Shown here in pieces: positions 23,487 through 30,202 of a stretch of 64,000 bases of DNA. Below the pieces are notes generated by a model. That model was not told the DNA's origin, made no database searches, and saw only the letters and a list, made by a program, of their open reading frames with translations. Source of the DNA: Sphingomonas taxi (GTDB lineage: Bacteria; Pseudomonadota; Alphaproteobacteria; Sphingomonadales; Sphingomonadaceae); assembly GCA_003243195.1 (NCBI GenBank), contig QFQI01000010.1, positions 13,196-77,195 of the forward strand. Reading direction: 5' to 3'. Position 1 is the stretch's first letter. The number at the start of each line of letters is the position of its first letter. Both the position numbers and the translations under genes were made by a program.

Positions 23487-24134
23487 TCACGCCGCCGCGT
23501 GGCCGTCGTCGGCGCGCGCGCCCTTCAGCAGTCGCGCCGGCGCGCCGCGGTACAGGCGGAAGTCGCTGAACGGATCGGTGACGATCTTCGTCGCCCATAC
23601 GATGCCGGTTTCCAGATCGCGCTCGATCCAGAGCTGCACGACGCGGAACAGGATCGCGCTCACCCCGAAGAACAGCCAGCCGAAACCGACGTGGCGCAGG
23701 AAGTCCATGGTGCCCGCCGGCCGTTCCAGCAGGCCGAACAGCGTCGGCGTGATCGCCAGCACCACCGGGATCGCCAGCCACAGGCCCATCAGCACATATT
23801 TGCGCATCAGGTTGTAGCCGACCTTCACCTCCTCCTTATATTCCTGCGTGACGCCATTCTCCTCGTCGTAATCCTTCGGCTCGAAGAAGAAGTGCCCGGC
23901 CTGCCGGCTCGTCATCGCCACGCCCCATGCCAGCAGGCTGGCGAGCGCCGCATCGACGAACAGCAGCACATAGGCGACCATGAACGTGCAGGCGCTGACG
24001 AAGTGGAGGCTCTGGTTGATGAGGTCGTGATGGTAGAAGCGATGGTCGTCCCAGCGCTGCTCGGCGAGCTGCGCGCGAAAGCCGGGATTGCCCTGTTCGT
24101 CCTCGAAACGGAGCTTGCGAAGCGACGGCATCAT
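23487..24134 (-). CDS. Membrane protein, possibly DUF962/Mpo1-like
   Basis: ATG 24134 overlaps the pmtA stop (ATGA). MMPSLRKLRFEDE, an FYHHDLINQSLHFVSA histidine motif, and 3-4 TM helices. The 413-aa ORF in the track is a 5' extension. Confidence 0.5.
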   Translation of the reverse strand: MMPSLRKLRFEDEQGNPGFRAQLAEQRWDDHRFYHHDLINQSLHFVSACTFMVAYVLLFVDAALASLLAWGVAMTSRQAGHFFFEPKDYDEENGVTQEYKEEVKVGYNLMRKYVLMGLWLAIPVVLAITPTLFGLLERPAGTMDFLRHVGFGWLFFGVSAILFRVVQLWIERDLETGIVWATKIVTDPFSDFRLYRGAPARLLKGARADDGHAAA

Positions 24135-24784
24135 GCATTCTCCTTGGCGATGCGGACCAGCGAGAAATGGCCCAGCGGCGGGATCGCGCGGCGCTCGACC
24201 AGCGCCACGTCGTCGCGCGTCGCAATCCAGTCGGTATACAGCGCGAACGGGAAGTCGGTGCGAAAACCCAGCCGTTCGGTGACCGGCATCAGCGCGCGCT
24301 CGATCCCGCCGCGCACGCCCTGTTCGGCGCCGACGCGGGTGGTGATGACGATCTCGCCGCCGGGGCGACAGACGCGCGCGAATTCGTCCAGCGCGCGGCG
24401 CGGATTGGCGACTGCGCTGACGACATATTGCGCGACCACGACGTCGAACGAGGCATCGGGGAAGTCGAGCGCCTCCGCATCGCCGAGGCGGATCGCGTCG
24501 ACGTTGCCCAGGTTCAACCGCCGCGCCCGCGCGCGCGCCTTGTCCAGCATATCCTCGGAGATATCGATGCCGGTCACCCGGCTGGAGGCCGCATAGCCGG
24601 GCAGCGAGATGCCGGTGCCCACCCCCACCTCCAGGATGCGTCCGCCGACGCGGTCCGCGGCGCGGATCGCCGCCGCGCGCCCCTGCCGGAACACCGGCCC
24701 GAAGACCAGGTCGTAGATCGGCGCCCAACGGTCATAGGCCAGCGCTACGCCGGCGGTCGTCATCGTCGCTGTCATTCCAGCCAC
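24131..24784 (-). CDS. pmtA: Phospholipid (phosphatidylethanolamine) N-methyltransferase, class I SAM-dependent
   Basis: 217 aa. SAM motif ILEVGVGTGISL, then PGGEIVITT. Size and layout resemble rhizobial PmtA. The start could be GTG 24784 or ATG 24775/24763. Confidence 0.65.
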   Translation of the reverse strand: MAGMTATMTTAGVALAYDRWAPIYDLVFGPVFRQGRAAAIRAADRVGGRILEVGVGTGISLPGYAASSRVTGIDISEDMLDKARARARRLNLGNVDAIRLGDAEALDFPDASFDVVVAQYVVSAVANPRRALDEFARVCRPGGEIVITTRVGAEQGVRGGIERALMPVTERLGFRTDFPFALYTDWIATRDDVALVERRAIPPLGHFSLVRIAKENA

Positions 24785-24902
24785 TTGCCTCGCTGAAAGC
24801 CCGTGCGGGCCGGTGTGAGGCTCTTGTGCGACCGGCAGGTGTCACCCTGACGACGATTGGGTGACGGTGGCGGTCATCGAACCGCCACCGGACTGACACA
24901 TC

Positions 24903-24936
24903 GGGCGTCGGCCGCCCGTCGCGGGGCGTCGGCCGC
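24903..24936. repeat. Perfect 13-bp direct repeat GGGCGTCGGCCGC x2 (8-bp spacer, 21-bp register)
   Basis: Read directly: tcGGGCGTCGGCCGCccgtcgcgGGGCGTCGGCCGCtgca, in the pmtA-rpsI spacer. Confidence 0.8.
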
Positions 24937-24964
24937 TGCACCGCGTCGCCGGCGACTCCATGCG

Positions 24965-24993
24965 AAAGGGGCGGCCCGTTGCCGGACCGCCCC
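24965..24993 (-). terminator. Weak intrinsic terminator downstream of rpsI
   Basis: On the minus strand: GGGGCGG-N12-CCGCCCC followed by TTTCGCA. The T-tract is short. Confidence 0.3.
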
Positions 24994-25055
24994 TTCGTAA
25001 CCCACGCCCGGCGTGGCGAGTCGCCGGATCGCGCCGGCGACCAGCGACACCTGCT

Positions 25056-25604
25056 TTAGCGCTTCGAGAACTGGAAGCTGCGGCGTGCCTTGGCGCGGCC
25101 GTACTTCTTGCGCTCCACGACGCGCGGGTCGCGGGTCAGGAAGCCCGCCGCCTTCACCGGCGCGCGCAGCGCCGGCTCGTAGCGGGTGATCGCCTGGCTG
25201 ATGCCGTGCTTCACCGCGCCGGCCTGACCCGACAGACCACCGCCCTTGACGGTGCAGATCACGTCATACTGCCCCTCGCGCTCGGTGATGCCGAACACCT
25301 GGTTGATGACGAGACGCAGCGTCGGACGCGCGAAATAGACTTCCTGATCGCGACCGTTGATCGTGATCTTGCCCGAGCCCGGCTTCAGCCAGACGCGCGC
25401 AACCGCATCCTTGCGGCGGCCGGTGGCATAGGCGCGGCCGTACTTGTCGATCTCCTGCGCGCGCAGCGGGGCACGCTGCACCGGCTCCTGCACGTCGCCG
25501 GCCAGATACGCCTCGGCGGTGGCATCGGCCTGCTCGACCGCGGTTTCGCGCTGCTGCTGGAGCGCCGCGCCCAGATCGGACAGCGACTGGCGGTTGTCGG
25601 ACAT
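25056..25604 (-). CDS. rpsI: 30S ribosomal protein S9
   Basis: [24 protein letters not shown] and [18 protein letters not shown], with C-terminus [10 protein letters not shown]. Confidence 0.97.
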   Translation of the reverse strand: MSDNRQSLSDLGAALQQQRETAVEQADATAEAYLAGDVQEPVQRAPLRAQEIDKYGRAYATGRRKDAVARVWLKPGSGKITINGRDQEVYFARPTLRLVINQVFGITEREGQYDVICTVKGGGLSGQAGAVKHGISQAITRYEPALRAPVKAAGFLTRDPRVVERKKYGRAKARRSFQFSKR

Positions 25605-26083
25605 TATGCGCCCACCTTGTTCTTGCGGCTCATGCCGGCGATGTCGAGGACTTCGGGGTTCTGCGCCTCATGCGGATGCTCGGCGCCGGTGAAGATGCGC
25701 AGGTTGCGCATCTGCTGACGGCCCAGCGGGCCACGCGGGATCATCCGCTCCACGGCCTTTTCCAGCACGCGCTCCGGGAAGCGGCCTTCCAGCACCTTCG
25801 CGGCGGTCACGCCCTTGATGCCGCCGGCATAGCCGGTGTGCTTGTAATAGATCTTGTCGGCCAGCTTGTTGCCGGTGAAGCGCACCTTGTCCGCGTTGAT
25901 GACGATGACATTGTCACCGCAATCGACGTGCGGGGTGAAGCTGGTCTTGTGCTTGCCGCGCAGCACGTTGGCGATCACCACCGCCGCACGACCGACCACG
26001 AGGTCGGTGGCGTCGACGATGTGCCACTTCTTTTCCACCTCATGCGGCTTGGCCGCCTTGGTGGTCTTCATCAGCGCCTTCAT
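25604..26083 (-). CDS. rplM: 50S ribosomal protein L13
   Basis: [37 protein letters not shown]. The stop overlaps the rpsI start (TAATG). Confidence 0.97.
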   Translation of the reverse strand: MKALMKTTKAAKPHEVEKKWHIVDATDLVVGRAAVVIANVLRGKHKTSFTPHVDCGDNVIVINADKVRFTGNKLADKIYYKHTGYAGGIKGVTAAKVLEGRFPERVLEKAVERMIPRGPLGRQQMRNLRIFTGAEHPHEAQNPEVLDIAGMSRKNKVGA

Positions 26084-26183
26084 GGTGCCTGGTGACCTTC
26101 ATTTCGCGTATATGAGAAAACGCGCGCCATCCCGCCGGATGGCCGCGCCGATGGCGGCCCAATGCCGCGCCCGGCCCGCAATG

Positions 26184-26993
26184 TCAAGATTTCGGCGGGT
26201 TTGCTGACGGGTACTCCGATACCATCGGCTGGAGTGTGCAGGCGATGTGGCTGGTGGCCGCCCGCTCGCGCCCGTCCACCGTTATCGCGCTGCGCCGCTC
26301 CTCCTGCTGCGCGGTCGCCAGCCCGGTGCGGCGGTCGATCTCGCGGCGGCGGGTCAGCGACACCGCGTCCGGCCCCGCCGTGCCGCGCGCCGCGATCGCG
26401 ATCGTCACGCGCGCGCCCGAGACGCTCACCGTTTCGGAGCCGGTCATCGCCACCGTTCGCGCGCCGACGCCCTCGGCGGGCAGCGTCACGGCGCGCGTCC
26501 CCGCCCTGCGCTCCGCATCCGCCGCGCCGAGCACCGCCAGCAGCGCGCCCGCGACCACCTGCACGCGCTGCGTCGTGGTCGCCGCATCATGGCCGCGCCA
26601 CAGCGCGAGACGGGTGCGATCGTCCGGGGCGGCGGCGGCGATCCCGTCGCGCAACCGCGCCCAGATCGCGTCCAGATCGCGGACGCGCAGCAGCCGGCCG
26701 CCGCGATCCAGCTCCGCCTCCACCGGCTCGCCCGCCAGCGACCGCGACAAGGCAGCGTAGGCGCTGTCCGCCTTGCTGTCGTTCGCCTCGGCCAGCGACA
26801 GGCGCGCGACATAGCCGGCGGCGTCGCGCCGGAAGATCACGGTCCGCGCGATCGCGAAGCGGCGCACCCCGCTGCCGTCATCCCGCTCCTCCACGCGCGT
26901 CAGCCGGTACGGCGTATCCACGCGCGGGGCGAAACGCGCCTCCGCCGCGCCGCCCGCCAGCAGCGCGGCGAGCGGCAGCAGCCGGTGGATCAT
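26184..26993 (-). CDS. Secreted hypothetical protein, translationally coupled to ctaA
   Basis: ATG 26993 overlaps the ctaA stop (ATGA). The signal-like MIHRLLPLAALLAGGAAEA is the only feature I recognise; there are no family motifs. The 364-aa ORF in the track is a 5' extension. Confidence 0.5.
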   Translation of the reverse strand: MIHRLLPLAALLAGGAAEARFAPRVDTPYRLTRVEERDDGSGVRRFAIARTVIFRRDAAGYVARLSLAEANDSKADSAYAALSRSLAGEPVEAELDRGGRLLRVRDLDAIWARLRDGIAAAAPDDRTRLALWRGHDAATTTQRVQVVAGALLAVLGAADAERRAGTRAVTLPAEGVGARTVAMTGSETVSVSGARVTIAIAARGTAGPDAVSLTRRREIDRRTGLATAQQEERRSAITVDGRERAATSHIACTLQPMVSEYPSANPPKS

Positions 26994-28030
26994 GCGCGGC
27001 GGCGGCTCACCGCATGCGCGGCGACGACGGTTGCGATCAGCAGCAGCGCGGCATTGGCCTGATGCGCCACCGCCACCACGATCTCCACGCCGGTGAGCAG
27101 CGTCGCGATGCCGAGCACGATCTGCAACGTCACCAGCGTGACCACCGCCGCAGCAACACCCTTCGCCCGCAGCGCCCGGGCACGATACGCCAGCCACAGC
27201 AGCGCGCCGGCCGCCGCGAAGGCGATCCAGCGATGCAGGAACTGCACGACGATCGGATTGTCGACGGCGTTGCGCCACGCCGGCGTCACCATCGGCACGT
27301 CGGCCGGGAACAGCGCGTCGCCCATCAGCGGCCAGCTCGAAAAGGCGTAACCGGCATCAAGTCCGGCGGTGAACGCGCCCAGTACGATCTGCACCGCCAG
27401 CACCGCGATCGCCAGCGCCGGCCCGGCACGCAGCCGCGCGGCGCGGGCCAGCGGATTGCCGGCCAGCACGCTCAGGTCGCGCGCGGTCCACACGACTCCG
27501 CCCAGGATGAACAGCGCGGTGCCGAGATGCGCGGCGAGCCGCAGGTGGCTGACGTCGGTGCGCACCGCGAGGCCCGAGGAGACCATCCACCAGCCGATCG
27601 CGCCCTGGAGCCCGCCCAGCGCGAGCAGCGCGGTGAGCCGCCAGCCATAGCCGCGCGGGATCTGCCGCCGGAGCGCGAACCAGAGCAGCGGCAAGGCGAA
27701 CGCCAGCCCGATCACCCGCCCGAGCAGCCGGTGGAGATATTCCCAAAAGAAGATCGCCTTGAACCCGTCCAGCGTCATGCCGCGATTGAGCTGCTGATAT
27801 TCGGGGATACGCTGGTAATTGGCGAACTCGGCCTGCCATTGCGCATGGTTCAGCGGGGGGATGATGCCGCTGATCGGCTTCCATTGCGTGATCGACAGGC
27901 CGGATTCGGTCAGTCGCGTGATCCCGCCGACCACCACCATCGCTACGATCAGCGCCGCGACCACATACAACCAGCGCGCGATCGCCATGGGACGCGTGGA
28001 GAGCGAGAAACCGGGCGAGGCTTGGAGCAT
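26990..28030 (-). CDS. ctaA: Heme A synthase (COX15/CtaA)
   Basis: ORF 26990..28093 trimmed to ATG 28030. Motifs GGITRLTESGLSITQWKP and FFWEYLHRLLGR. Second His pair in VQFLHRW and AVAHQANA. Eight TM segments. Confidence 0.85.
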   Translation of the reverse strand: MLQASPGFSLSTRPMAIARWLYVVAALIVAMVVVGGITRLTESGLSITQWKPISGIIPPLNHAQWQAEFANYQRIPEYQQLNRGMTLDGFKAIFFWEYLHRLLGRVIGLAFALPLLWFALRRQIPRGYGWRLTALLALGGLQGAIGWWMVSSGLAVRTDVSHLRLAAHLGTALFILGGVVWTARDLSVLAGNPLARAARLRAGPALAIAVLAVQIVLGAFTAGLDAGYAFSSWPLMGDALFPADVPMVTPAWRNAVDNPIVVQFLHRWIAFAAAGALLWLAYRARALRAKGVAAAVVTLVTLQIVLGIATLLTGVEIVVAVAHQANAALLLIATVVAAHAVSRRRA

Positions 28031-28105
28031 GGCGCTTCCTAATGGGCGCGACGCGTGAAGTGAAGCGGTTGTGGGCCGGGGCGCCGAATCCACCGCCTTT
28101 CGCCG

Positions 28106-28618
28106 CTACGCCCGCGTGCCGACCGCCCGCTCCAGCAGTTCCAGCGCGACCGCCAGCGCCGCCTCGCGCACCGGGCCGCGGCCACGGTCGCCGAAATGGC
28201 ATTCGCGGTGCCACGTGCCGCCGTCGCGGGTACGGCACGCCAGATGCACCAGCCCCGGCTCGTCGCCCGGCGCGCCGGGGCCGGCGAAGCCGGTGATCGC
28301 GATCGCCACGTCGCCGCGCGAGTGACGCAACGCGCCTTCGGCCATCGCACGCGCGACATCCTCGCTCACCGCGCCGCAGCGGTCGATCGTCTCCGCCGCG
28401 ATCCCCAGCAGCTCGCACTTCGCGGCGCTGGAATAGACCACGAAGCCACGTTCGAACGCATGGCTGGCGCCTTCCACGTCGGTCAGCAGCGAGGCGAGCA
28501 GACCGCCGGTGCAGCTTTCCGCGGTGACGATCGACAGGTCGCGCGCGCACGCCGCCGCCAGCACGCGCTGCGCGGCGTCCACGACGGATGCGGGGATCGC
28601 GGCCAGCGGCTCGATCAT
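28106..28618 (-). CDS. pncC: CinA C-terminal domain protein / nicotinamide-nucleotide amidase
   Basis: ATG 28618 overlaps the upstream stop (ATGA). Motifs TAESCTGGLLAS, GFVVYSSAAK, AITGFAGP. Confidence 0.75.
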   Translation of the reverse strand: MIEPLAAIPASVVDAAQRVLAAACARDLSIVTAESCTGGLLASLLTDVEGASHAFERGFVVYSSAAKCELLGIAAETIDRCGAVSEDVARAMAEGALRHSRGDVAIAITGFAGPGAPGDEPGLVHLACRTRDGGTWHRECHFGDRGRGPVREAALAVALELLERAVGTRA

Positions 28619-29343
28619 GCCGCCCCCTCCACGGGGCGCGGGCGGCGGCCCCAGGGCTCCTCGCGAAACCATTTGGTGATGATGTATTTGGTGCCTTCCT
28701 CCACCGCCATGCCTTCGTGCAGGGTCGCGGTGTTCGGGCTGCCGTCGGCGGTCATGTTGTTCCACGCGAGCAGCATGCCCTTGCGCGGCGCGACCCGCAG
28801 CCCGCCCTTCGGGAACCACGTCGCGCCGCCTTCCTCCACGTCGTTCAGGTAGATCATCGCGGTGACGGTGCGCTGCCCGCCGTTCTCGCGCATCGCCGGC
28901 CAGTAGCTCTCGCCCTCGTGGAAATAGTCATGATGCGCGCGGAACAACTGGCCCGGCGCATAGCGCTGCCCCTGCATCGTCTCGCCCAGTTCGGGCGCGA
29001 TCCCCAGGCTGGCGGCGATATATTCGTCGATCTCGCGGATGCCGTCGGCGAAGCGGTCCATGTCGCAACTGTCGCTGGTGCGGCTGCCCGGCCCGCCACG
29101 ATCGGAGAACAGCGTCGACGGGCGGCGGTTCGCGTCGATCACCTGCACCAGCCAGTCGCAATTGGCCGCGTCGAGGAAATCGGGGCAGCGCCATGCCGCG
29201 ACGGTGTCGCTGGGCAGGCGCTGCATGCGCGGATCGGCATCGAGCCGCGCCGCCAGCGCCGCGCCGATCGCGGCGCGCGCGGGAGAGGGATGGCCGGGAG
29301 GCACGTTGGTGATCGCCATAGCTCCGGCGGTGTCGCGCGGCAT
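28615..29343 (-). CDS. 2OG-Fe(II) oxygenase (prolyl 4-hydroxylase-like)
   Basis: HHDYF (HxD), a distal His in TLHEG, and KYIITKWF at the C-terminal strand. An alternative start is MAITNV at 29319. Confidence 0.7.
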   Translation of the reverse strand: MPRDTAGAMAITNVPPGHPSPARAAIGAALAARLDADPRMQRLPSDTVAAWRCPDFLDAANCDWLVQVIDANRRPSTLFSDRGGPGSRTSDSCDMDRFADGIREIDEYIAASLGIAPELGETMQGQRYAPGQLFRAHHDYFHEGESYWPAMRENGGQRTVTAMIYLNDVEEGGATWFPKGGLRVAPRKGMLLAWNNMTADGSPNTATLHEGMAVEEGTKYIITKWFREEPWGRRPRPVEGAA

Positions 29344-29376
29344 GGCGCGCGTTTCAAGTGCCGCGCGTCGATCCGG

Positions 29377-30114
29377 TCAGCCGAAGATGCCGTGGATCAC
29401 GTCCACCACCTCGCCCTCGTCCAGATCGACCAGCAGCGCGTCGTGGTAATAGCGCACCCAGCGATACGGATCGTCGGCGTCGGGCAGGCGATAGGCCCAG
29501 GGATCGGCGATCCAGTAACTGCGCGCGAACAGCACCGGCGCGAGGTGCATCCCGATGCCGAACCGGCGATAGCCACCATTCCAGCCATAGGGCGCGTAAT
29601 AGCGCGGCAGGTCGAACGCGCCGGGGCGACGATCGCGATAGCCGCCCCAGTCGTAGCGCGGTTCGCGCCGCCAGTCGCGATCCCAGCGCGCGGCGCGGTT
29701 CCACCCCGCGTCACGCTCCGATCGCCACACGCGCGCCGGGGGCGCGGGCCGGTCGACACCGCCCACCCGCCGGCGCGGCTCGACACGCTGCGATCGCCAT
29801 TCCGCGTCCGGGGGTGTGGGCCGTTGCGCGCTGCCGCGTTCCGCGGGTCGCTCGCCCTCGTCGGCGCGACGATCCGGCCGCAGCGGCGCGCGCGGCGCCG
29901 CACCGGCGCGGTCGCGCCACCCGTAGCCGCCGGGCTGCGGCGGCTGATCGCGCGGTCGTTCGGGACGCGGCGCGTCGCCCTCGATCCTCTGCGGCCGCTC
30001 CGCGCGATCGCGCCGCCACGCGCCGCGATCCATCGACCGCTCGCCACCCTGCGCGAATGCCGGGGGCACCAGCGCCGCCACCGACAACAATCCCGCCACC
30101 ATCGCCTTCAACAT
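29377..30114 (-). CDS. RcnB-like periplasmic protein with Arg/Asp/Pro-rich low-complexity region
   Basis: ATG 30114 gives the signal MLKAMVAGLLSVAALVPPAFAQ. C-terminus YRWVRYYHDALLVDLDEGEVVDVIHGIF matches the RcnB-family tail. Confidence 0.6.
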   Translation of the reverse strand: MLKAMVAGLLSVAALVPPAFAQGGERSMDRGAWRRDRAERPQRIEGDAPRPERPRDQPPQPGGYGWRDRAGAAPRAPLRPDRRADEGERPAERGSAQRPTPPDAEWRSQRVEPRRRVGGVDRPAPPARVWRSERDAGWNRAARWDRDWRREPRYDWGGYRDRRPGAFDLPRYYAPYGWNGGYRRFGIGMHLAPVLFARSYWIADPWAYRLPDADDPYRWVRYYHDALLVDLDEGEVVDVIHGIFG

Positions 30115-30202
30115 CGCCACTGCCCCATCGCCGACCATGATCCGTCTCTGCCGCATCAAGGAACAACGAACACTGAACCGGCCGGTCAGCCGATCGACAG
30201 CT

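Noticed and set aside
24785-24960. SAM-type riboswitch in the pmtA leader
   Set aside because: I found none of the SAM-II or SAM-SAH sequence features I can recall. It is kept only as unexplained structure in the findings.
26182-26187. TTGACA -35 box (minus strand) for the rplM-rpsI operon
   Set aside because: The best -10 at 17-nt spacing is CATTGG, which is poor. I cannot support a promoter call from sequence alone.
26162-28042. 626-aa plus-strand Arg/Pro-rich ORF
   Set aside because: It is antisense to ctaA and the coupled secreted protein, and its composition is extreme low-complexity.
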